A program made the translations under genes and the position numbers. A DNA stretch of 34,383 nucleotides from Spirochaetales bacterium (GTDB lineage Bacteria > Spirochaetota > Spirochaetia > SZUA-6 > DRHE01). The stretch lies in the NCBI GenBank assembly GCA_016935715.1, contig JAFGQJ010000087.1:1-34383 (forward strand), written 5' to 3'. Within the stretch, counting starts at the first letter, position 1. Every line of letters starts with the position of its first letter. The notes beneath the pieces were generated by a model, which ran no database searches, had not been told where the DNA came from, and worked only from the letters and a program-made list of their open reading frames with translations. Positions 8,079-16,676 of this stretch are shown piece after piece.

Positions 8079-8546
8079 TCAGGCGATAATCGAGAACCTG
8101 CAGAATTTCGGTTTGGCCAGGCGTTCGAAATCCTTGTACGGGATCTGGATCAGCTCCGTGTGGGAGCAGGCGTTGAAGGCGATCTCTTCATCCTTTTTCA
8201 GGGTTTCGTCCGCATACACCGGCAGGCCGTAGAGATTCCCGAAGGGCGGCATGGCCCCGGTCTCACATCCGGAAAACAGGTGGGAGAACTCCTCCTCCCT
8301 GGCCAGGTCCACGCTGGAGGCCTTGCACGATTTTTTGAGGCTCTCCAGGTCGATCTGGTACTTGGCGGGCAGCACGGCCATGGCCATCTTTCCGTCGATC
8401 TTCACGATTACGGTCTTGGCCATGTTCCTGCCTTTCACGTGTGCAGAGGCGGCGATCTCCTGAGCCGTGTACGCGGTGGAATGTCGCAGCGACACGTACT
8501 TGACCTTGTTCTTGTCGAGAAACTCTTTCAACTGCGTGACGGGCAT
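8079..8546 (-). CDS. YbaK/ProX-like aminoacyl-tRNA deacylase domain protein
   Basis: 155 aa. KTVIVKIDGKMAMAVLPA....GAMPPFGNLYGLPVYAD...IAFNACSHTELI is typical of the YbaK/EbsC editing-domain fold. GGAGGAGG ribosome-binding site upstream. Confidence 0.7.
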   Translation of the reverse strand: MPVTQLKEFLDKNKVKYVSLRHSTAYTAQEIAASAHVKGRNMAKTVIVKIDGKMAMAVLPAKYQIDLESLKKSCKASSVDLAREEEFSHLFSGCETGAMPPFGNLYGLPVYADETLKKDEEIAFNACSHTELIQIPYKDFERLAKPKFCRFSIIA

Positions 8547-8674
8547 GATTTTCCTCCTCCCCCTAATGATAGATGATTACGGGCGCGAGCGCAAAGCAAA
8601 ATCCCTGTCGACATCGATCCGGGGAACGTGTACAGTGGTCGAAAATTCCCGAAGAGCACAGGGGAGGCAGAGCG

Positions 8675-9136
8675 GTGAGTTCGAACGTTCAGGCCAGATA
8701 CACCCACACGAATCTGGTAGCCCGGGACTGGCGCAAACTGTCCCGGTTCTATGAGAGCGTGTTCGGTTGCCTCCCCGTTCCCCCCGAGCGGGATCTGGAG
8801 GGCGAAGGACTGCAGCGAGGCAGCGGAGTTTCCGGTGTGCGGATCAGGGGGATCCACCTCCGCCTGCCGGGTTACGGAGCCAAAGGACCCACCATCGAAG
8901 TATTCGAGTACAGCCGGGGCATCGGGTGCGAACCCCCGGTCCCGAATCGTCACGGCTGGGGGCACATAGCCTTCGAGGTCGACGATGTGCCCGCTGCATT
9001 GCAGGCCGTGGTGGAAGCGGGAGGATCCCGCCTGGGTGAAGTGGTTACCTTCGAGGTGCCGGAGGCGGGTACCATTACCTGGACCTACGCTCGTGATCCC
9101 GAGCAGAATATAATCGAGCTGCAGAGCTGGTCGTGA
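8675..9136 (+). CDS. VOC (glyoxalase/bleomycin-resistance/dioxygenase) family protein
   Basis: Track ORF 8573..9136 trimmed to GTG 8675, which has GGAGG 7 nt upstream. YTHTNLVARDWRKLSRFYESVFG....WGHIAFEVDDV....ARDPEQNIIEL is the VOC beta-alpha-beta-beta-beta pattern. Confidence 0.7.
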   Translation: MSSNVQARYTHTNLVARDWRKLSRFYESVFGCLPVPPERDLEGEGLQRGSGVSGVRIRGIHLRLPGYGAKGPTIEVFEYSRGIGCEPPVPNRHGWGHIAFEVDDVPAALQAVVEAGGSRLGEVVTFEVPEAGTITWTYARDPEQNIIELQSWS

Positions 9137-9171
9137 GCGCATCAGGGGCGCCGCAATGCCGCCGAAACGCG

Positions 9172-9927
9172 ATGAAGCTTCTGTCCTGGAACGTCAACGG
9201 GCTGCGGGCCGTCCTTCGCAAAGGCGGCTTCTCCTTCCTTTCCGAGCAGCGCCCCGATATCCTCTGCCTGCAGGAGATCCGGGCGCAGCCGCAGCAGGTG
9301 GGCCCGATCCTGCCCGAGTATCCCTGCCAGTACTGGAACCCAGCGGAAAAGGCCGGTTATTCCGGCACGCTCTGCTTCTCGAAGACCGAAGCCCTGCAGG
9401 TCCGCCGGGGAATGGGCAGTCCGGAGCACGACGGCGAGGGACGCCTGCTCACGCTGACGTTCCCCGGCTTTCACCTGGTGAACGTCTATACGCCGAACGC
9501 CCAAAGGGGACTGCGGCGGCTGGCCTACCGACAGAAGTGGGACCGGGATTTCAGGGCCCACCTCCTGCACCTGGAGGAGAGCGCTCCGGTGGTGTTCTGC
9601 GGGGACCTGAACGTTGCCCACGAGGAGATCGACCTGGCCCATCCCCAGGCCAACAGGCTGAACGCCGGCTTCACCGACCAGGAACGGCAGGGATTCAGCG
9701 GACATCTGGCGGCGGGCTACATCGACACCTTTCGCGAGTTCTGCAAGGAGGGAGGACACTACACGTGGTGGAGCGCTGTCACCCGGGCACGGGAGAGGAA
9801 CGTGGGATGGCGGATCGACTATTTCTGCATTTCCCGACGCCTGCGTCCCGCTCTCGGCAGCGCCTTCATCCTGCCGGAGATCCCGGGCTCGGATCACTGT
9901 CCCGTGGGCATCACCCTGGAGCTGTAG
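9172..9927 (+). CDS. xthA: Exodeoxyribonuclease III (AP endonuclease, EEP fold)
   Basis: MKLLSWNVNGLRA...DILCLQE...YSG...VNVYTPN...GDLNVAH..D....FT..ER......GY.DTFR....YTWWS.....N.GWRIDY...SDHCPV contains all the ExoIII motifs. Track ORF trimmed to Met 14. Confidence 0.9.
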   Translation: MKLLSWNVNGLRAVLRKGGFSFLSEQRPDILCLQEIRAQPQQVGPILPEYPCQYWNPAEKAGYSGTLCFSKTEALQVRRGMGSPEHDGEGRLLTLTFPGFHLVNVYTPNAQRGLRRLAYRQKWDRDFRAHLLHLEESAPVVFCGDLNVAHEEIDLAHPQANRLNAGFTDQERQGFSGHLAAGYIDTFREFCKEGGHYTWWSAVTRARERNVGWRIDYFCISRRLRPALGSAFILPEIPGSDHCPVGITLEL

Positions 9928-12719
9928 CCGTCCCGCTCATCGGGCACTCGTGAAACGTAGGGCGCCGCCGCCGCCTTCAGGCGCTGGTACTCCTCTTCGA
10001 CGGCCGCAAGGGCCGATCGGGATGCATCCAGGTCGCCGGCTCCGGCCGCATCCTCGAGCCTGCGGGCGGCATCACCGAGGGAAGGGGCGACCAGATTGTA
10101 GGCTCCCCCCTTCATCGAATGGGCCTCCTGGCGGACCTCTCCCCACTGCCCCGCTTCCACAACGCCCGTGATCCTGTCGATCTGAACGGCCACGGTCTTC
10201 AAGAACGAGGCCAGGACGCCGCGAACCACGTCCTCCCGTCCCATGAAGACCTCGAGAGCTTTGGGGAAATCGAAGACCGCCTTCGCCTGGCCCTGCGGGG
10301 GAACCCCCTCCCCGGGATCCGACGGAGCCGAAACGCCCGGCAGCCACCGATCGAGAACGGGAAGGAGATCCTTCTTCTTGAAGGGCTTGGTCAGGCAGTG
10401 GTCCATTCCGGCGGCGATCGCCCGCTGCTGTTCTTCCTGCAGCGCGCTGGCCGTGACGGCTATGATCGGAGTTCCCACGCCCATCTCTCTCAGCTTCCTG
10501 GTGGCATCGTAGCCGTTCATGTTCGGCATCTGGACGTCCATGAAGATCAGATCGTAGCGTGTCTGCCCGGCCGCCTCGAGCGCCTCCAGGCCGTCGGCCG
10601 CCAGGTACACGCTGTGGCCGAGCTTTTCGAGGATCGTCTTGAACAGCTGCCGGTTGACCTCGTGATCCTCGACGACCAGAATACGGGCCACCTTCGGCTC
10701 CGCTCCGGCGGGTCTCTCCGGCGCCTCGCCCGCTTCTTCGACCAGCTCCGTCTCCTCGGCCGCTTCCAGCTCCGCCAGCTCCGGTTCGTACTCCAGGGTC
10801 AACACCCTGAAGACCTCGGCCAGAAGGGAGCTGCGCTTCACCGGTTTGCTCAGGTAGCCGTGAAACCATCTGAGGCGCTTCATCTTGGCCTCTCCGCTTC
10901 CCGACCCTTCCGGTGTCAGCAGGATGAGCTTCATTTCCGAGAGCAGCGGATCGGAGGTCACCTCGCTGGCCAGCTGCCAGCCGTCGATTCCGGGCATGCG
11001 CAGATCCACCAGGACCAGGGCGTAGGGATCACCTCCCTCCTGCACGGATCGCCGCATCCGCTCCAGCGCATCCTTGCCGGTCTGCGCTTCCTCCACGCGG
11101 CTGCCCCAATACTCCAGGTAGTTTCTGACGCACTCCCGCGCCGATGCATTGTCATCCACCACCAGCACCCGCAGACCGGAAAAAAAATCAGCCGGCAGGT
11201 CTTCGAACAGGTTGGCCTTGTCCTGCGTTTTCAGCGTAACGGTGAACCAGAACGTGGAGCCGGCGCCCTCTTCGCTGTCCGCCCCGATCCTGCCTTCCAT
11301 CATTTCGACCAGGCTCTTGGAGATCGACAGCCCCAGCCCGGTGCCTCCGTACTTGCGGGTGGTTGAGGTATCGGCCTGAGAGAAGGATTGGAACAGCCGG
11401 GCCATCCCCGTCTTCCCGATCCCGATTCCGGTGTCCCGGACCATGAACTTCAGGGTACAGCGATCATCCCCCTTCTCCACCGACTCGACGGAGATCTGCA
11501 CCTCCCCCTCTGCGGTAAACTTCACCGCGTTGTTGAACAGGTTGATGACGATCTGGCGCAGGCGGGCGGGGTCTCCCCGCAGGCGGTGGGCAACGCCCGG
11601 GGCGATGAATAGGATCACCTCCAGGTTTTTCCTATGCGCCTCCAGGATCACCAGATCGACGGCTTTCTCGCACATCTCGTAGAGGTCGAAATCGATCTCC
11701 TCCAGGGTGAGCTTTCCCGCCTCGATTTTCGAGTAGTCCAGGATGTCGTTGACCAGGGTGAGAAGGACATCGGCGGAGAAGCGGACCTGATCGGCGTATT
11801 CGCTCTGTTCCATGTCCAGGTCCGTATCCAGCAGAAGCTCGGTCATGCCGGTTATGGTGTGAATCGGCGTGCGAATCTCGTGGCTCATGTTCGCCAGGAA
11901 CTCGCTCTTGGTGCGGGCCATGGCCTCTGCCAGCTCTTTCGCCTTCTGCAGATTCACCTCGCTTCTCTTCCAGCGGCTGACGTCCTTGACCAATCCGAAG
12001 ATGTACTGCCCCCGGCCGGATGGATCCGGAAGTATCGACAGGGTAAGGCGCCACCAGGCGTTCTGGCCGTCGTGGCGGTGAAAACGGCTCTCCGTTTCGA
12101 AATAGCCGACCTCCCCCGCCTTCAGCGCGGAGAGGTTCTCCTGGTACTGCCCGCAATCATCCGGATGGGCGAACACCGACAGCTTCCTGCCCTTCAGCTC
12201 CTCGGCCGAAAAGCCCAGCATGGTCTGCAGAGCGGCATTGCTGCGCACCAGCCGCCCCTCCAGGTCCATCAGGACCATCCCCACGGGACAGTGATTGAAA
12301 AAGGAGGCGAAGGGGTTTTCGTCGTCCTTCAGCTGCCCGACCTCCCGCATCAGATCCTCCAGCGACCGGGAGGTGGCGTGAAGCTGATGCGTGTAGCGCA
12401 GGACCCGCCGCAGCAGGTCCTCGCTGAGCGACTCGCTGATCAGGAAATCCTGAGCCCCCGCCGACAGCGCCCTGGAACCGCTTTCCCCGCTGTCCACCAG
12501 GACCACGATCGGCTGATCCGTCTTTTTCCTCAGCTCGCGGACTTTCTCTTCCAGCTCATGACCGGCAACCCTGCCGCAGTCGAGCAGGATGACATCGACA
12601 TCGACGTGAACGAGAAAATTGTTGGCTTCCTGGATATCCTCGGCGAACAGAAGCTGATCCGCTCCCTCTTCCCGTATGGCGAAGCTGTTTCTTTCGACTC
12701 CCACCAGCAAGATTTGCAC
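9894..12719 (-). CDS. Soluble hybrid sensor histidine kinase: pseudo-REC, PAS, HisKA, HATPase_c, REC, REC, HPt
   Basis: 941 aa with no TM segment. H-box [18 protein letters not shown]1 and G2 boxes ([28 protein letters not shown]). Two canonical receivers ([24 protein letters not shown] and [26 protein letters not shown]). C-terminal HPt ([12 protein letters not shown]). Confidence 0.9.
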   Translation of the reverse strand: MQILLVGVERNSFAIREEGADQLLFAEDIQEANNFLVHVDVDVILLDCGRVAGHELEEKVRELRKKTDQPIVVLVDSGESGSRALSAGAQDFLISESLSEDLLRRVLRYTHQLHATSRSLEDLMREVGQLKDDENPFASFFNHCPVGMVLMDLEGRLVRSNAALQTMLGFSAEELKGRKLSVFAHPDDCGQYQENLSALKAGEVGYFETESRFHRHDGQNAWWRLTLSILPDPSGRGQYIFGLVKDVSRWKRSEVNLQKAKELAEAMARTKSEFLANMSHEIRTPIHTITGMTELLLDTDLDMEQSEYADQVRFSADVLLTLVNDILDYSKIEAGKLTLEEIDFDLYEMCEKAVDLVILEAHRKNLEVILFIAPGVAHRLRGDPARLRQIVINLFNNAVKFTAEGEVQISVESVEKGDDRCTLKFMVRDTGIGIGKTGMARLFQSFSQADTSTTRKYGGTGLGLSISKSLVEMMEGRIGADSEEGAGSTFWFTVTLKTQDKANLFEDLPADFFSGLRVLVVDDNASARECVRNYLEYWGSRVEEAQTGKDALERMRRSVQEGGDPYALVLVDLRMPGIDGWQLASEVTSDPLLSEMKLILLTPEGSGSGEAKMKRLRWFHGYLSKPVKRSSLLAEVFRVLTLEYEPELAELEAAEETELVEEAGEAPERPAGAEPKVARILVVEDHEVNRQLFKTILEKLGHSVYLAADGLEALEAAGQTRYDLIFMDVQMPNMNGYDATRKLREMGVGTPIIAVTASALQEEQQRAIAAGMDHCLTKPFKKKDLLPVLDRWLPGVSAPSDPGEGVPPQGQAKAVFDFPKALEVFMGREDVVRGVLASFLKTVAVQIDRITGVVEAGQWGEVRQEAHSMKGGAYNLVAPSLGDAARRLEDAAGAGDLDASRSALAAVEEEYQRLKAAAAPYVSRVPDERDGYSSRVMPTGQ

Positions 12720-12834
12720 CCGTGTATCCTAATCCCTCGACAACGGCCGCGTCAACAAAGTTTGTCTGAAGGTGATACCCGGGGCGAAAAAATCATGTTG
12801 CATTATCCGGGGCGTCCATGGCAAACTCTAGAGT

Positions 12835-13776
12835 ATGGTTAAACGTGGTGCAATCGTGCTGATTTCCCTTCTGGCTGTGCTGCTCGGCTCCTGTTCGATC
12901 AACAAGATGGCCGTCAACCTGGTAGCCAGGACACTCTCCTCCGGGGAGAGCACCGTTTTCACCGGCGAAGAGGATCCGCAGCTGGTGGCCGACGCGCTGC
13001 CCTTCGCCATGAAGCTCTACGAATCGCTGCTCGAGCAAACCCCGGAAAACGAGGATCTGCTTCTGACCACGGGCAGCATCTTCGCCATGTACGCCAACGC
13101 CTTCGTCCAGACCCCGGCCAGCATGCTGCCGGCAAGCGAATACGAACAGCAGCAGCAGGCGCTCGCGCGGGCCAAGAAGCTGTACCTGAGGGGTCGCGGG
13201 TATCTGATGCAGGCCATGGAGCTGCGCCACCCGGGATTCGGCGAGCAGCTGCGCAGCAACGAGCTGGAGCAGGCCCTTGCGCCCACCGAGGTCGAGGATG
13301 TCCCCTTTCTGTTCTGGACAGCCGCCGCCTGGCTGGGGGCGTTCTCGACGGACACCTTCGACATGGAGCTTCTGCTCGGTCTGTCCAAGCCGATCGCGAT
13401 TCTCAATCGGGCGCTGGAGCTGGATGAATCCTGGTCGGAGGGGATGATCCACGACACCCTGATAGCGATCTACGGCTCCCTGCCCCAGGCCATGGGCGGC
13501 AGCCAGGAGAAGGCGCGCCATCATTTCGAGAAGGCGGTGGAGTACTCGGGAGGACTGTCTCCCTCCCCGTACATCTCCCTGGCAGGCACCGTGTCCGTGG
13601 CCAACCAGGACGTGGAGGAGTTCCGCCGTCTGCTGGGTCAGGCGATCGCCATCGATCCGGATGCGAATCCGGACAATCGCCTTCAGGTCCTGCTCGCCCA
13701 GGACAAGGCCCGCTGGCTTCTCGACCACGTGGAAGATTTTTTTCTCATCGATTTGGAGGAGGGGGATCAATCATGA
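12835..13776 (+). CDS. tatT: TatT-like TPR lipoprotein associated with a TRAP transporter
   Basis: 313 aa. Lipoprotein signal MVKRGAIVLISLLAVLLGSC. All-helical TPR-like sequence (FAMKLYESLLEQTPENEDLL..., WSEGMIHDTLIAIYGSLPQAMGGSQEKARHHFEKAVE). Stop overlaps the start of the TRAP SBP gene (ATGA). Gene order matches the T. pallidum TatT-TatPT-permease arrangement. Confidence 0.7.
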   Translation: MVKRGAIVLISLLAVLLGSCSINKMAVNLVARTLSSGESTVFTGEEDPQLVADALPFAMKLYESLLEQTPENEDLLLTTGSIFAMYANAFVQTPASMLPASEYEQQQQALARAKKLYLRGRGYLMQAMELRHPGFGEQLRSNELEQALAPTEVEDVPFLFWTAAAWLGAFSTDTFDMELLLGLSKPIAILNRALELDESWSEGMIHDTLIAIYGSLPQAMGGSQEKARHHFEKAVEYSGGLSPSPYISLAGTVSVANQDVEEFRRLLGQAIAIDPDANPDNRLQVLLAQDKARWLLDHVEDFFLIDLEEGDQS

Positions 13777-14756
13777 GGCATAGATGGGCTCTGGTGCTGC
13801 TGGTCGGCATCCTCTTCGGTTCCTTGCAGGTCGAGGCGCAGGTGATCAAGGTGGGCAGCGTGGCCCCCGAGGGGTCTCCCTGGGACAGAGCGCTGAAGCG
13901 CATCGCTCTGGACTGGCAGAAGATCTCCGGCGGGAGGGTCACCCTGAAGATCTACAGCGGCGGGATCGCCGGGGACGAGCCGGACATGATCCGCAAGATG
14001 AGGATCAACCAGATCCAGGCCGCCGCCATGTCCGGTTCCGGCCTCGGCAAGATCGATCCTGACTGGCTGGTGTATCAGCTTCCCTTCCTGACCCAGAACG
14101 ACGAGGAGCTGGACTACCTGTTCGAACGCCTGCGGCCCGAGCTGGAGCGGCGGATGGAGGACAAGGGATTCACCTTCCTAGCCATCATCAAGTCGGGGTG
14201 GCTGCGCTTCTTCGCCAAGGAGAAGGTGGTCACGCCGGACGATTTCCGGAAGCTGAAGTTCTTCGTCATGGAGGGCAGCCCGGAGGTGGACCAGGCCTGG
14301 AAAATTATGGGTTTCCATATCGTGCCCCTCCCACCGAACGACGCCTTCGCAGCGCTGCAGAGCGGAATGGTGGAGATTTTCACCGCCTCCCCGCTGACCG
14401 CGGCGGCGATGCAGTGGTTCGCCCTGGCCCCCCACATGACCGACATCAACTGGACGCCCTTCACCGCCGGGCTGGTGATCTCCAACCAGGCCTGGCGCAG
14501 GATCCCGCGGGAGCTGCAGCCCAAGCTCAAAGCGGCGACCCGCAGCGTCCTGGCGGATCTGGAAGCGGAGATCATTGAGCTGGAGAACCAGGCCATGGAA
14601 ATCATGAAGGACAACGGCCTGATCGTCCACCAGGTGCCGCCGGCCGTCCAGGAAGAGTGGGAGGAGCTGGTCCAGGAGGGCTTCAAGATCCTCGTCGGCG
14701 ACGTGATCTCCCGCGACCTGTACGAGCAGGCCAGACAGATCATCTCAGAATATTAA
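13773..14756 (+). CDS. TRAP transporter substrate-binding protein (DctP family, TatPT-like)
   Basis: 327 aa. Signal peptide MRHRWALVLLVGILFGSLQVEA. DctP-like IKVGSVAPEGSPWDRAL...LKIYSGGIAGDEPDMIRKMRINQIQAA. Confidence 0.85.
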   Translation: MRHRWALVLLVGILFGSLQVEAQVIKVGSVAPEGSPWDRALKRIALDWQKISGGRVTLKIYSGGIAGDEPDMIRKMRINQIQAAAMSGSGLGKIDPDWLVYQLPFLTQNDEELDYLFERLRPELERRMEDKGFTFLAIIKSGWLRFFAKEKVVTPDDFRKLKFFVMEGSPEVDQAWKIMGFHIVPLPPNDAFAALQSGMVEIFTASPLTAAAMQWFALAPHMTDINWTPFTAGLVISNQAWRRIPRELQPKLKAATRSVLADLEAEIIELENQAMEIMKDNGLIVHQVPPAVQEEWEELVQEGFKILVGDVISRDLYEQARQIISEY

Positions 14757-14765
14757 GTAGAGTCC

Positions 14766-16676
14766 ATGCAGCCGCTACAGTCGGACCGCCGGGCGATTCG
14801 GGGCGCTCTCCGCTTCGAAAACGGCCTCAGCGGGCTCGTTCTGCTGCTGATCGCCCTGCTTCCGGCCATGGAGATCATCGCCCGGCTGTTCTTCAAGACC
14901 GGCATCCACAGCTCTGCGGATCTGACCCACCACCTGGTTCTCTGGCTGACCTGCCTGGGGGGGGCGATCACCTCCAGGGAGGGAAAGCACATCACCCTGT
15001 CGGCGGGCCTGGAGATGATCGGCAGCTCCGTGCGCCTCTGGATCGTCACCGCAACCACTTTCATCTCCACGACCATCTCCACGGCCATGACCTGGAGCGC
15101 CCTGTCCCTGGTGCTGATCGGTTTCGACCCGAGCAAGCGGATCGGCTTCATTCCCGTCCAGATCGCCGCGGCGGTCATCCCCCTCGGCTTCCTGCTCATC
15201 ACGGTGCGGTTCCTGGCCCGCTCCCCGATCCGCGGATGGAAGCGCGCCCTGGCCGCCTTGGGCTGCCTCCTGGGAACGATCATCGCCTTCAGCTCGGTGA
15301 TGAACGTCCTCTACACCGTTTTTCCGCAGGTGCCCCTGTTCCTCGACGGCCTGCAGATGCTCTTCCAGCAGATCGCCGAGCGGATATCCCTGGCCGGCCT
15401 GGTGATCGTGATCCTCTCGATCTTCTTCGGCACGCCCATCTTCATCGTGCTGGGCGGGGTCGCCTATCTCCTGTTCGTGCGCTCCTTCGGCGCCCTGGAG
15501 GTGATCCCGAGCGAGGCCTACTCCATGCTCACCGGCTACAGCATCCCGGCCATACCCCTGTTCACCTTCGCCGGCTTCATCCTCTCTGAGAGCAAGGCGG
15601 GGGAGCGGCTGGTGCGACTGTTCCGGGCCTGGCTGGGCTGGCTGCCCGGGGGGCTGATCATCATGGCGGTCCTGGTCTGCACCTTTTTCACGACCTTCAC
15701 CGGCGCGACCGGGGTGACCATCCTGGCCCTCGGAGCCCTGCTGGCCTACGTGCTGGTGGAAAGCGGACGCTATTCGACGGATTTCGCCAACGGCCTGATC
15801 ACCGGCTCGGGGTCGATCGGGCTGCTGTTTCCCCCCAGCCTGCCGATCATCCTCTACGGGGTGATCGCCCAGATCAACATCAAGCACATGTTCGTCGGCG
15901 GCATCCTGCCCGGTCTGCTCATGGTGCTCACCATCTGCGGGATAGGGGTGTTCACCGCGGTCAGGCACAAGGTCAAGCCGGTGCGCTTCCAGATCAGGGA
16001 AGCGGCCCTGTCCATCAAGGACTCTTTCTGGGAGATCCTGCTGCCGGTGATCATACTCCTCGGCTACTTCGGCGGCCTGTTCACCCTGGTGGAGACCGGG
16101 GCGGTGGCGGTCATCTACGCACTGATCATCGAGATGCTGATCCACCGGGATCTGTCGCTCAGGGACCTGCCAGGCGTCATGCTGAAGTGCATCCCCATCG
16201 TCGGCGGCGTTCTGATCATCCTGGCCGCGGCCAAGGGATTGTCCTACTACCTGGTGGACGCGGAGGTGCCGATGCGCCTCAGCAGCTGGGTGCAGGCGAA
16301 CATCAGCTCCAGGTACCTGTTCCTCATCCTCCTGAACCTGGCTCTGCTGGTAACCGGCTGCCTGATGGATATCTTCTCCGCCATCCTGGTGGTGGTTCCC
16401 CTGATCATTCCCATGGGGGAGATATTCGGCGTCCACCCGGTGCACCTGGGGGTGATCTTCCTGGCAAACCTGGGAGTCGGCTACCTCACCCCGCCGGTCG
16501 GGCTGAACCTGTTCCTGGCCGCCTACCGCTTCGAACAGCCCTTGGTCCGCATCTACAGGAACGTCATCCCCTTCTTCCTGGCCCTGCTGGCGGTGGTCCT
16601 GCTGATCACCTACGTGCCCTGGTTCTCCGTCGGGCTGCTGAGGTGGGAGTTCCTGATCCGTCTGTTCAATCTCTGA
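14766..16676 (+). CDS. TRAP transporter fused small/large permease (DctQ-DctM fusion)
   Basis: 636 aa and polytopic. The N-terminal ~170 aa are DctQ-like (ENGLSGLVLLLIALLPAMEIIARLFF). The rest is DctM-like (GTPIFIVLGGVAYLLF..., FTTFTGATGVTILALG..., ANLGVGYLTPPVGLNLF). Confidence 0.9.
   Translation: MQPLQSDRRAIRGALRFENGLSGLVLLLIALLPAMEIIARLFFKTGIHSSADLTHHLVLWLTCLGGAITSREGKHITLSAGLEMIGSSVRLWIVTATTFISTTISTAMTWSALSLVLIGFDPSKRIGFIPVQIAAAVIPLGFLLITVRFLARSPIRGWKRALAALGCLLGTIIAFSSVMNVLYTVFPQVPLFLDGLQMLFQQIAERISLAGLVIVILSIFFGTPIFIVLGGVAYLLFVRSFGALEVIPSEAYSMLTGYSIPAIPLFTFAGFILSESKAGERLVRLFRAWLGWLPGGLIIMAVLVCTFFTTFTGATGVTILALGALLAYVLVESGRYSTDFANGLITGSGSIGLLFPPSLPIILYGVIAQINIKHMFVGGILPGLLMVLTICGIGVFTAVRHKVKPVRFQIREAALSIKDSFWEILLPVIILLGYFGGLFTLVETGAVAVIYALIIEMLIHRDLSLRDLPGVMLKCIPIVGGVLIILAAAKGLSYYLVDAEVPMRLSSWVQANISSRYLFLILLNLALLVTGCLMDIFSAILVVVPLIIPMGEIFGVHPVHLGVIFLANLGVGYLTPPVGLNLFLAAYRFEQPLVRIYRNVIPFFLALLAVVLLITYVPWFSVGLLRWEFLIRLFNL

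Noticed and set aside
2968-13770. Other long antisense or alternative-frame ORFs (2968..4224 +, 5441..6211 -, 8528..9142 -, 9142..9897 -, 9156..9953 +, 10119..11366 +, 11634..12842 +, 12793..13770 -). The same class recurs further right (20161..21174 +, 21169..21963 -, 26693..27655 -, 32033..32962 -, 32671..33699 -)
   Set aside because: Each overlaps a gene with clear homology-type motifs on the other strand or in another frame. They lack ribosome-binding sites and show an Arg/Pro/Gly/His-rich shadow composition.
14775-16445. 556-aa minus-strand ORF opposite the TRAP permease
   Set aside because: The plus-strand frame encodes an unmistakable polytopic DctQM permease. The antisense product is highly charged, low-complexity sequence.
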